Assembly: GCA_963815215.1 (NCBI GenBank)
Contig: CAWFFU010000003.1
Span: 704,001 to 768,000 of the forward strand
Origin: an uncultured Trueperaceae bacterium
Lineage (GTDB): Bacteria > Deinococcota > Deinococci > Deinococcales > Trueperaceae
Direction: 5' to 3'
DNA length: 64,000 bases
Below the pieces are notes generated by a model. It did no database searches. It was given only the letters and a program-made list of their open reading frames with translations, and was not told the DNA's origin. The translations under genes were made by a program, and so were the position numbers. Below are positions 55,683 through 64,000 of this stretch, piece after piece. Positions within the stretch are counted from its first letter, which is position 1. Each line of letters begins with the position of its first letter.

Positions 55683-57673
55683 GACTTTCCTCCTAGGAGA
55701 CGGAAGGGTCGGTAGGGACGACCACTCTCATCGTAGAAACCGAACTTGGTGAAGAACTCGACGTAGTGAAGTCGGAGCGGCTGGAGCGTGTCGCTGATGA
55801 TCGTCAGGGCCAGCGCGATGAAGAGGACGACGGCACCTACCAGGATGCCAAGGATGGGGCCGACGATGGGGAGCACGCCGCCGAGCGAATAGCCCAGGTC
55901 GATCGACAGGTTGGCGATCAAGGCCGAGGCCAGCCCGACAGCGAAGATTCGCAAGTAGCTCAGGATGTGCCCGCCGTTGGAGATGAGCTCGAGCACCATC
56001 AGTCCGTTCTTGGCCAGGACCGTGAACACCACGAAACCGCCCAGCAGAACCAACGTGAGCGTCACCACGACCGGATTCACGGTGTGGGTCTGGTAGGCCG
56101 TGGCGAACAGCACCACCGCCACCAGGCCCGTGAACATGCCCAGCCCTTCGTAGAGGTGCATGCTCTCGCCGTGCCGCAATGCGTAGATGATGCGGATGAG
56201 CCAGCCCCCCAGCACCTGGAGCACGCCGAACAACGTGGATACCAGCAGCAGCGGACCGAACACCTCGACACGCAACAGCAGGATGGGGATCACGCCCTCG
56301 TGATGCCCGCTGCCGTGCGCCAGCGTGTAGAACAGCGGGCGCCCGGCCGGGAAGCGTTCGAAGAGGTTCCCGAAGAACTCCCCGTAGACGAACCCGAACA
56401 GGATCGTCCAGCCCGCCAGCCAGAAGACGACGGTGCTCAACGGCCGCAGGATGCGAGCGGGGATGATGATGTGGATGGGGCCGGTATCGACGTTCTTGCC
56501 GGCCGCGCCGCGCCTTCGCAACCATAGACCGACGGCGCCGAACAGCAACCCGTAACCGATGTCGCCGACCTGCAGGCCGAAGAACAGCGGGAAGAACACC
56601 GCGAGCGTCCAGCTCGGGTCGAAGCTGCCGTACCGGGGCGGCTCGAACAGGGCCAGCAAGCCCTGGAAGGGGCGCACCCAGGCGGGGTTGTCGAACTTCA
56701 CGGGTACGCCGCGGTCGTGGTGCTCGTCGGCCGGACGGCTGGTCACACGGATCTGCTCGGCGAACTGCTTGCGCAGCGCCTCCACCACCCGGCCGGCGTC
56801 CACGGCGGGCACCCAGCCCGAGAGGGCGAAGCCGTAGCGCCCCTCGAGCAGGTCCTGGAACCGCTCGTAGCGCGCCTGGTGGTTGTGCGCCACCTGAGCG
56901 ATCGACCGCAGGCGGCGACCGTGCTGACCCGCGAGCTTGGCGAGTTCCTCATGGATCGACGCGATGCGCTTGGGGAGCGTCTGCGACCGCTCCTCCATCA
57001 CATGCGCCGCCTTGGCGATGCCGAGGTCGTGGTAGCGCTCCGGCAGGGCGATCTCTGAGTGGCCCAGGCGGGTGAAGGTCGTGCGGAGGCGTGCCAGGTC
57101 GCGCGCCAGCGCAGCGGCCACCACCAGGCGGTCGGCTCCGTGACGTTGCCAGGCGAGCGCGTAGCCGCCGTCGAGCTCCTCGTCGAGTGCCTCTTCCAGG
57201 GCCGGGTAGTCCGCGTCGGCAACGAGGAAGGCGGCTCCGGCGAGGTAGCTGGACTCCTCGAGCTGCGCCATCATCGGCGCGAGCTGGCGGAACACGGCGA
57301 GGTACGCCTGGGTCAGCTCGAGCTCGTCGCGGGCGTCGGCACGCTCGGCGACCAGCCGGTCGATCTGGTCCCCGACCGGCGCCAGCTCCTTCTGGAGCGC
57401 ATCCGGATCGGCGGCCCCTTCGCCGCGCGCCACGGGGCCTTCGTCCCGTACCTCGAGGGCGTCCAGCAGGGCCCCGGAACGCGAGACGAGGAAGTCCCAC
57501 AGCTCCTTGTGGCGCAGGTCGTCCCCCTCGAGCTTGACGGGACGGAGGGCGTCCTCCTCCCCAGGCGCGAGCGGGACGACCTGAACCACGCCCAGACTCT
57601 GAAGACTGACGAGCACGTCCTTGGCAGCCGAGCGCCGCCCGACGACCAGGAGCTGCTCCATCTTGGCGATCAT
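55679..57673 (-). CDS. atpI: V/A-type ATP synthase subunit I (a)
   Basis: GWVP, FDPS..FFPLFFG..GDIGYG, LSYLRIFAVGLA, PLRLHYVEFFTKF. Confidence 0.95.
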   Translation of the reverse strand: MIAKMEQLLVVGRRSAAKDVLVSLQSLGVVQVVPLAPGEEDALRPVKLEGDDLRHKELWDFLVSRSGALLDALEVRDEGPVARGEGAADPDALQKELAPVGDQIDRLVAERADARDELELTQAYLAVFRQLAPMMAQLEESSYLAGAAFLVADADYPALEEALDEELDGGYALAWQRHGADRLVVAAALARDLARLRTTFTRLGHSEIALPERYHDLGIAKAAHVMEERSQTLPKRIASIHEELAKLAGQHGRRLRSIAQVAHNHQARYERFQDLLEGRYGFALSGWVPAVDAGRVVEALRKQFAEQIRVTSRPADEHHDRGVPVKFDNPAWVRPFQGLLALFEPPRYGSFDPSWTLAVFFPLFFGLQVGDIGYGLLFGAVGLWLRRRGAAGKNVDTGPIHIIIPARILRPLSTVVFWLAGWTILFGFVYGEFFGNLFERFPAGRPLFYTLAHGSGHHEGVIPILLLRVEVFGPLLLVSTLFGVLQVLGGWLIRIIYALRHGESMHLYEGLGMFTGLVAVVLFATAYQTHTVNPVVVTLTLVLLGGFVVFTVLAKNGLMVLELISNGGHILSYLRIFAVGLASALIANLSIDLGYSLGGVLPIVGPILGILVGAVVLFIALALTIISDTLQPLRLHYVEFFTKFGFYDESGRPYRPFRLLGGKS

Positions 57674-57990
57674 GGCAAGACCCGCTCCATCACCAGCGCG
57701 ACCGCCTCGTCCTTGCCGGCACGCGCCTGCGCCTCGAGCCTGGCCGCGGTCTCCTGCGCCGAGTGGACGATGTCCTCCCGCGCGGTTTCCGCCTCCTTGG
57801 CGCCCCGGTCGGCTTCCTGCTTGGCGAGAGTCTCGGCCTTCCCTCGTGCGCCCTCGAGGATGCGACGCGCTTCCTCCTGGGCCTCGGAAACGATCTCCGA
57901 AGCCTGCTTGCGCGCCTCCTCGACCTTGGCGACCAGGCTCTTCTCCTGGGTCACGAGGTCCTGCAGGAGTCGTTCACCCTGAGCTTCCAA
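57670..57990 (-). CDS. atpG: V/A-type ATP synthase subunit G (H)
   Basis: E/A/K-rich coiled coil ending EAVALVMERVLP; TTG 57990 follows SD AAGGAGG; first gene of the operon. Confidence 0.85.
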   Translation of the reverse strand: MEAQGERLLQDLVTQEKSLVAKVEEARKQASEIVSEAQEEARRILEGARGKAETLAKQEADRGAKEAETAREDIVHSAQETAARLEAQARAGKDEAVALVMERVLP

Positions 57991-58068
57991 CCAGCCCTCC
58001 TTCCGCCCCGCGTCACCGCGGGTTACGACAGGCTGTCGTGAATGGATCCGGATCGCTACGTGAGGCAC

Positions 58069-58149
58069 AAAAAACCGCGTCGAACGCGGTACATTCTACC
58101 CCTTTGGCGTTTCCGCCCAACCATAACAACCGCCAAGATTGCGTGTCAA
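58069..58149 (-). promoter_or_regulatory. ATP synthase operon promoter region with leader hairpin and U-tract
   Basis: TTGACA (58149-58144), 18 bp, TG-extended TATGGT (58125-58120); second -10 TAGAAT (58098-58093); hairpin ACCGCGT-TCG-ACGCGGT (58090-58074) running into a T6 tract. Confidence 0.6.
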
Positions 58150-58217
58150 TCGGGACACAACTCACCCGCAGCCCCCTCGGCACCCGCCACCGGGCGGAAG
58201 CTCGGGTAGACTCCGGC

Positions 58218-59957
58218 GTGAGCCGGGACCCCTCCTACGGATCACCGAACGGACCGAAGTCCGTCGGCGCATACTATACCCCGCCTCCTGTGGCTCGAGC
58301 GCTCAGCGACTGGGCGTTGCGGCGGTGCGGCGAGCGCGCGCTCGACCCCGCCGCAGGTGACGGTGTCTTCCTCGTCGAGGCGGCGCGGCGCGCGCGCCAG
58401 CTCGGCGGTTGCGCCGGTGACGTGACCGGCATCGAGATGCGCGCTGAGGCCGCTCGGGAAGCCGCGGATCGCCTTCGGAGCGTCGGCGGCGAGGACGCCC
58501 ACATCTACGTGGACGACTTCCTCGCCCTGGTGCCGGAGCACTGGCCTGCGTTCGACGCGGTGCTCGGCAACCCGCCGTTCGTTCGTTTCCAGCGCATGGA
58601 GCGCGCCCGGCGCGAGCGCGCCAGCGCCGTGGCGGCCCTGGCCGGGGTCCGCCTGGACAGCATGGCTTCGAGCTGGGCCGCGTTCGTCCTCCACGCCGGC
58701 GGCTTCTTGCGCCCCGGCGGACGTCTGGCGCTGGTCCTTCCCAGCGAGGTCGGGCACGCGCGCTACGCGCGGCCGGTGCTCGAGCATCTGCGCACTCACT
58801 TCGCTGCGGTCACCTTCGTGCTCTTCGAGTCGGCCCTCTTCCCCGCCCTGGATCAGGGCACGGTGCTGCTGCTGGCCGACGGCCGCGGCGAGCCGTTCCG
58901 AGGCTTCAGCGTCGCCCGCCTCAGCTCGATGGACGCTCTCGCTCAGGGGCTGGACAGCATGCCCCGCCTGCCCCTCGACGCCGATGCCATGGTCCGGGGC
59001 GGCGCGCGGCTCCACCACGCCTGGCTGCCGCCGGCCACCCACGGCCTGCTGGAGGGTCTCACCGGCGAAGCCGGCTACGCGCGCCTGGGGGACTGGGCGA
59101 GCGTGAGCATCGGCTACGTCACGGGACACAACGACTACTTCCACCTTTCGCCGGCGCGGGCCGAGTCGCTGGGGCTGCCCCCCGACCAGCTGCGCCGGTC
59201 GCTCTTCCGCAGCCGCGCGTTGCGGGGCCTGCGGGTGACCGACGACGACTGGCGTTACGGCGCCGAGCACGGCTTGAGCGGCTACCTGCTGACGCCCACG
59301 AGTCCAGACGACCGCGCCGTGGCCCGCTATCTCGACGCCGGCGTCGAGCGCGGCGTGCCGGCGCGCGCCAAAGTGCGCCGGCGCCGACCCTGGTTCCGGG
59401 TGACCCGGACCGAGCCGCCGGACCTCGCCCTCACTGCCATGAGCGGGGGCGCGCCGCGGCTGGCGGTCAACGACGCCGGCGCCGCGGTATGCAATACCCT
59501 GCACGCCGTCCGACTCCGGCCGGGCGTGCCGGCCGGCACGTCCGTGTTGCTGGCGCTGGCGGCGCTCACATCGCTGACCGAGCTCAGCGCCGAGCTCGAG
59601 GGACATGCGTTGGGGGGAGGTTTGCTCAAGCTCGAGCCCTCCGAGGCCCTGCGGCTGGCGCTCCCGCTGCCCGTTGCCGGCGACGAGGGCGCGCCACCTG
59701 GGATCGACCGGCGTTTGATCGCCGCGGCCGCTGCCGCGGACCGGGCGCTTCGCGCCGGCGACGGCGCCGAGGCGCGGTGCATCGCCGACGGCGCGCTCCT
59801 GCTCGGACGTTGGGGGCTTGCACAAGGCGATCGAGCGGCGCTGGTAGGGGCCGCCGAGCGCCTGCGCGCGTTGCGGCGGGGGTCCAGAGGCCGGCCTCCG
59901 GCCGCTCCGACGGACCCGCCAACGGCCGGGCCTGCGGACCGCCAGGGCCCGCCCTAG
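58218..59957 (+). CDS. N6-adenine DNA methyltransferase (gamma class, Eco57I/TaqI-like), apparently orphan
   Basis: GAYYTP (motif X), LDPAAGDGVF (motif I), VLGNPPF (motif IV), LRPGGRLALVLP, GYVTGHNDYF, GGGLLKLEPSE. TAGACT lies 5 nt before GTG 58218. Confidence 0.88.
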   Translation: MSRDPSYGSPNGPKSVGAYYTPPPVARALSDWALRRCGERALDPAAGDGVFLVEAARRARQLGGCAGDVTGIEMRAEAAREAADRLRSVGGEDAHIYVDDFLALVPEHWPAFDAVLGNPPFVRFQRMERARRERASAVAALAGVRLDSMASSWAAFVLHAGGFLRPGGRLALVLPSEVGHARYARPVLEHLRTHFAAVTFVLFESALFPALDQGTVLLLADGRGEPFRGFSVARLSSMDALAQGLDSMPRLPLDADAMVRGGARLHHAWLPPATHGLLEGLTGEAGYARLGDWASVSIGYVTGHNDYFHLSPARAESLGLPPDQLRRSLFRSRALRGLRVTDDDWRYGAEHGLSGYLLTPTSPDDRAVARYLDAGVERGVPARAKVRRRRPWFRVTRTEPPDLALTAMSGGAPRLAVNDAGAAVCNTLHAVRLRPGVPAGTSVLLALAALTSLTELSAELEGHALGGGLLKLEPSEALRLALPLPVAGDEGAPPGIDRRLIAAAAAADRALRAGDGAEARCIADGALLLGRWGLAQGDRAALVGAAERLRALRRGSRGRPPAAPTDPPTAGPADRQGPP

Positions 59958-61795
59958 TGGCGGCGCTTGCCGCGCGTACGGCGCGCGGGAACACGCGTGC
60001 GCCGCTCCGCCTCGCGTGCCGAAAGCATGGCCTGGATCTGCTGCAGCTCCGCGTAGAGATCGGGGAGACGCTCGCTGCTGGTCCCTGGGGCCTCCAACAG
60101 TCGGCCGAGTTCCTCACGACGCTCCAGCAGGCGTGTCCGCGAGGTCTCCTTCTGGCTCTCCAGATGGAGCTCGCGGAGCCTCGACAGGGCCTGTCGTAGC
60201 GCCGCGTCGAGATCGAGACGCGCTTCGGCATCGCGTGACAGGGCCAGCACTCGCTCGAACACCAGCGCGCCCTCCTCGCGCTCGCGGTAGGCCAACAACA
60301 CGCGCTCGGCATCGCCCCGGTACTCGACCGTCAGCGCCTCGAGGTGGCGAAGGGCGGAGTCCTCGAGCTCGCTCGGCAGAGCAGCCAGGGCCGCCTCGAG
60401 ACGCTCGCGCAGGGCCCCTCCTCGGCTCAGAAGCAGCGCCACGACCTCGACCTCGAGGGCGCGCACCTGCGACACCTCGACGTGCCTGCGCCGCATCCCG
60501 CGGACCTGGGTCGCCGACAGCGGACGCTGATGCCGCTGGTTCGCCTGGATCCAGGCGTCCAACCGACCCTCGTCCATGCCCAGGTGATCGATCACCAGGC
60601 GCCGCATCTCGGTGGCGACCGGGTCGAACACGTCGCGCGGCACCAGCACCGGGGCGAGCTCCTCCAGGATGGAGCGCTGCCCCTCGAGGGCGTTCGCGTC
60701 GAAGCGTTCCAGCACTCTGCGGAAGCGGAACTCCACCTCCGACAGACCGGTCCCGAGCGCTGCTCGGAAGGCGTCCGCGTGACCCCCGAGCACGGCGTCC
60801 GCCGGGTCCTTTCCGTGCGGCACCTGCACCGCCCTCACCAGCAGGCGGCGCCCCACGGCCTGATCGAGCCCGGACAGCACGGCACGCTGCCCCGCCTCGT
60901 CGGCGTCGAACGCCAGGTACACGCGCTTGGCATCGAGTCGCGCCAGTTGCTCGGCCTGTCGCTCCGTGAGCGCCGCTCCCAACGCGGCGACGGCGTTCTC
61001 GAAGCCGGTCTGGTGCAGCGCGATGACATCCATGTAGCCCTCGACCACGATGGTCTCACCGCTCTTACGGATGGCGGGGCGCGCACGGTCGAGCCCGTAG
61101 AGCAGCTCCGCCTTCCGGAACAACTCGGTCTCCGGGGTGTTCAGGTACTTCGGGAGGGCGTCGTCGAGCACCCGCCCCGCGAAGCCGACCACGCGCCCCA
61201 TGCCGTCCTTGATGGGGAACATGACGCGGTTGCGGAAGCGGTCGTAGCGCCGGCCGCGCTCGTTCTCGCTCAGCAGGCCCACCGCCATCAGGTCCTCGTC
61301 GCGCACACCCTTGGTGAGGGCATGGCGCAGCAACCCGTCCCAGCCGTCCGGCGCGAACCCCAGCTCGAACGTCTCGATGCTCCCGTCGGTCAGCCCTCGA
61401 CCCCGAAGGTAGGACAGGGCGTTCCCCTCCAGTTGCGCCCTGAAGTACGCCAGCGCCAGCGCGTTGACGTCGAACAGGTCGCGTCGACGGCCGTCCTTCG
61501 GCGTCGGACGGCCCACCTCGACGCCGGCGCGTTCGCCCAGCATCCGCAGGGCCTCGCCGAACTCGACGCCCTGGGTCTGCATCACGAAGTCGAAGACGTC
61601 CCCCTTGGCGTGGCAACCGAAGCAGTAGTAGAAGCCTCGATCCACGTGGACGTGGAAGGACGGCGTCTTCTCGCTGTGGAACGGGCACAGCCCCTTCATC
61701 TGCCCCCGGCCGGCCGGCTTCAGCGCCACCAGCTCGCCGATCACGTCCGCGATGTCGAGCCGCTCGCGGATCAGCTCCTTGGGTTCAGGGGGCAT
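59954..61795 (-). CDS. dnaG: DNA primase
   Basis: CPFHSEKTPSF..CFGC zinc finger, DRFRNRVMFPI, KYLNTPET, VEGYMDV, AFDADEAG (TOPRIM). Confidence 0.97.
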   Translation of the reverse strand: MPPEPKELIRERLDIADVIGELVALKPAGRGQMKGLCPFHSEKTPSFHVHVDRGFYYCFGCHAKGDVFDFVMQTQGVEFGEALRMLGERAGVEVGRPTPKDGRRRDLFDVNALALAYFRAQLEGNALSYLRGRGLTDGSIETFELGFAPDGWDGLLRHALTKGVRDEDLMAVGLLSENERGRRYDRFRNRVMFPIKDGMGRVVGFAGRVLDDALPKYLNTPETELFRKAELLYGLDRARPAIRKSGETIVVEGYMDVIALHQTGFENAVAALGAALTERQAEQLARLDAKRVYLAFDADEAGQRAVLSGLDQAVGRRLLVRAVQVPHGKDPADAVLGGHADAFRAALGTGLSEVEFRFRRVLERFDANALEGQRSILEELAPVLVPRDVFDPVATEMRRLVIDHLGMDEGRLDAWIQANQRHQRPLSATQVRGMRRRHVEVSQVRALEVEVVALLLSRGGALRERLEAALAALPSELEDSALRHLEALTVEYRGDAERVLLAYREREEGALVFERVLALSRDAEARLDLDAALRQALSRLRELHLESQKETSRTRLLERREELGRLLEAPGTSSERLPDLYAELQQIQAMLSAREAERRTRVPARRTRGKRRH

Positions 61796-61916
61796 GGCGT
61801 CCGACCTTCCGGGGATACGTTGCGCTCGCCGTTCGAGGCCACCATATCACGTCGCACCGGACGGCGGATCTGCCGTCTGGGTCGGGCCTCCGCTAGCGAT
61901 ACCGGCACCGCGCCGG

Positions 61917-62459
61917 CTAGGCGTCCGGCCGTGCCGGATACAGCGGCAGGTGGCCCAGCGCCACCACGTCGGCCCGCTCGCTCCCCTCCGTGAACACCGC
62001 CAGGGTCGCCACCACCTCGGCGCCCACCTCGGTCAGGAGGTCGCGCAGCCCCTGCAAGGTACCGCCGGTGCTGACGACGTCGTCAACGATGGCCACGCGC
62101 CTGGAGCGCAGGCGCTCGATGTCGGCGCCGTCGATCACCAGCTCCTGTGGCTTGCCGGTGGTGATGCTGGTGACCGTCCGCTTGACCGCGCCGACCATGT
62201 AGGGCTTCTCCGTCTTCCGGGCGACCACATAGGGGATGCCCGTCCGCACGCTGATGGCGTGGGCCAGCGGAACGGCCTTGACCTCGGGCGTCACCAGCGT
62301 CTCCACCTCGGGCGGGATGCGCTTGGCCAGCTCCGCGGCCGCCGCCTCCGTCAGCGTCGTGTCGCCCAGCAGGTTCAGCAAGGCTACGGACACCGCTCCG
62401 ACGTTGACAACCTGGAGATCGCGTTGCTGATCTCCGATGCGAATCCGATACGTCTGCAT
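61917..62459 (-). CDS. apt: Adenine phosphoribosyltransferase-like type I PRTase
   Basis: VARK, PRPP loop [29 protein letters not shown]. Confidence 0.8.
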   Translation of the reverse strand: MQTYRIRIGDQQRDLQVVNVGAVSVALLNLLGDTTLTEAAAAELAKRIPPEVETLVTPEVKAVPLAHAISVRTGIPYVVARKTEKPYMVGAVKRTVTSITTGKPQELVIDGADIERLRSRRVAIVDDVVSTGGTLQGLRDLLTEVGAEVVATLAVFTEGSERADVVALGHLPLYPARPDA

Positions 62460-62470
62460 GCGCTAACCTC

Positions 62471-62525
62471 CGGCACCTGCGCCGCCCTGGACGGCACCCT
62501 GCCGCTCGAGAGCGGCACCCTGCCG
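62471..62525. repeat. Three 21-bp-periodic CGGCACC(C)TGC(CG) units in the apt leader
   Basis: Units start at 62471, 62492 and 62513; the last two are identical palindromes CGGCA-CCC-TGCCG. Confidence 0.75.
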
Positions 62526-62578
62526 TGGCCGGGACTCCGCCGCGACGCCAGCCCCAAGCGTACCGCAGCTCCGCCGCC

Positions 62579-63309
62579 TCAGGCGAACACGATGGTCTTG
62601 TTTCCCTGGACCAGGATGCGGTCCTCGAGGTGGAGCGTCACCGCGCGCGCCAGCACCGTCCGCTCGATCTCACGGCCGAGCCGCTGCAGATCGGGCACCG
62701 ACTGCCGGTGGGTCACCCGCACAACGTCCTGCTCGATGATCGGTCCTTCGTCGAGCTCGTCGGTGACGTAGTGGGCGGTGGCGCCGATGAGCTTCACGCC
62801 GCGCTCGTAGGCCCGATGGTAGGGCCTCCCCCCGCTGAACGACGGGAGGAACGAGTGATGGATGTTGATGATCCGTTCCCGGTAACGCGCCACGAATGCC
62901 GGGCCGAGGACCTGCATGTAGCGCGCCAACACGATGACGTCGACCGTACCGGCCAGGAGCTCGAGCACGCGCTCCTCCTGCGACCGGTTGTCGCCGTCGA
63001 CGATGGGCAGGTGGTGGAAGGGCACGCCGAAGGGCTCCACCACGGGGCGCAGGCGTTCGTGGTTCGACACCACCAGGGCGATGTCGTCCTCGAAATCGCC
63101 GGCGCGTCGCCGCCACAGCAGCTCCAGCAGGCAGTGGTCGACGTTCGACACCAGCACCGCGATGCGCTTGGGCCGGCGCGCGTCCGCCAAACGCCAGCGC
63201 ATGTCGAAGGGTTCCGCCACCGTGCGCGCGAACGCTCCGCGCAACGAAGCAGGCGGGCCCGCACGGCCGTCTCGGTCGGGCCGCCCGGAGCGGACATTCG
63301 CACGTCCAT
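62579..63309 (-). pseudogene. purU: Formyltetrahydrofolate deformylase with most of the N-terminal ACT domain missing and a frame break near 63248
   Basis: Catalytic part intact (VLARYMQ, INIHHSFLP, GVKLIGATAHYVT, DEGPIIEQ). The N-terminus ..TAVRARLL is in another frame and joins directly to SLRGAFART. Confidence 0.8.
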
Positions 63310-63363
63310 GGCGCACACGCTGGCACCGCTGCGCCGGGCCGCGTGCGCCGTAGCATGACGGAC

Positions 63364-64000
63364 ATGACGGCCCCCGCGTCCCTACGCTCGCTGCTCCGCC
63401 CGGTCGCGCGGCTGGCCCTGCCCGTCATCGCCACGAATCTTCTGCAGACGCTCGTCAACGTCGTCGACGTGTTCATGGCGGGCCGTCTCGGCGCCATCCC
63501 GGTCGCCGCCGTTGGCTTCGCCAGCAGCGTCGCCCTGCTCGTCACCCTCGTCGCGCAGATGGTGACCGCGGGCGGAATGGCGCTCGCCGCTCAGGCCCGG
63601 GGCGCGAACGACGACGACGAGCTGGCGGAGATCGCCCGCCAGACCCTCCTGCTGGGGGTGCTCGCGGCCGTGGCGATCGGTGCGCTGGGTTGGTTCGCCG
63701 CCCACCCGCTGCTGGCGTTCATGAACTCGTCGGGCGACCCCCAGGCTGTGACGCTCGGCGTCGGCTACCTGCGGATCCTGTTCCTCGGCACGGCCGCGCT
63801 GTTCGTGAACCTCGGCCTGGCCAGCCTGTGGCAGGGAGCCGGCGACACCCTGACGCCGCTGCTGCTCGGCGGCGGCGTCAACCTCCTCAACGCGGTCTTC
63901 GACTACCTGTTCATGTTCGGGCCGGGACCGCTGCCCGCCCTCGGCGTGCCCGGCGCGGGCCTGGGAACGGTGGCGGCCTGGTCGATCGGCGCGGCGATCG
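63364..64000 (+). CDS. MATE family efflux transporter (partial, runs off the window)
   Basis: RLALPVIATNLLQTLVNVVDVFMAGRLG..AAVG, AQARGA, YLRI, QGAGDTLTPL, LGVPGAG. TAGCAT lies 7 nt before the ATG. Not in the ORF track because there is no stop in the window. Confidence 0.92.
   Translation, partial: MTAPASLRSLLRPVARLALPVIATNLLQTLVNVVDVFMAGRLGAIPVAAVGFASSVALLVTLVAQMVTAGGMALAAQARGANDDDELAEIARQTLLLGVLAAVAIGALGWFAAHPLLAFMNSSGDPQAVTLGVGYLRILFLGTAALFVNLGLASLWQGAGDTLTPLLLGGGVNLLNAVFDYLFMFGPGPLPALGVPGAGLGTVAAWSIGAAI

Overview
A GC-rich, gene-dense bacterial chromosome segment made almost entirely of housekeeping genes. Several features point to Deinococcota, probably a Truepera-like lineage (inference): a V/A-type ATP synthase operon in the Thermus order G-I-K/L-E-C-F-A-B-D, futalosine hydrolase, an HspR/HAIR-like operator at clpB, and many leaderless genes with a TANNNT box just before the start codon. 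Translation and quality-control genes: gltX, ftsY, serS, tyrS, gatC, rimO, rqcH, clpB. Central carbon and NADPH genes: fba, pfkA, gnd-zwf, pntA1-A2-B. Also present: a PhoB/PhoR-like pair with phoU, an AapJQMP-type amino acid ABC transporter, GH31/galM/HD-GYP, pilT/pilU, an orphan N6-adenine DNA methyltransferase, dnaG, an apt-like PRTase, a damaged purU and a partial MATE pump. I saw no rRNA, tRNA, CRISPR array, transposase or prophage, and no clear multi-gene novel system. The most unusual signals are: (1) an AapQ permease with a ~200-aa inserted domain carrying two DxNG(D/N)G Ca2+-type repeats; (2) the ABC ATPase gene of the same operon, whose codon usage switches sharply to G/T-ending codons; (3) an orphan MTase wedged between the ATP synthase operon and dnaG; (4) candidate cis-regulatory structures (tyrS leader pseudoknot, ATP synthase leader terminator, 21-bp-periodic palindromes before apt, paired 11-bp-spaced pho-box-like repeats); and (5) three broken genes (two single-base frameshifts and an ACT-domain deletion in purU) that may be assembly errors. 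All family calls come from motif recognition by eye; no database search was run.
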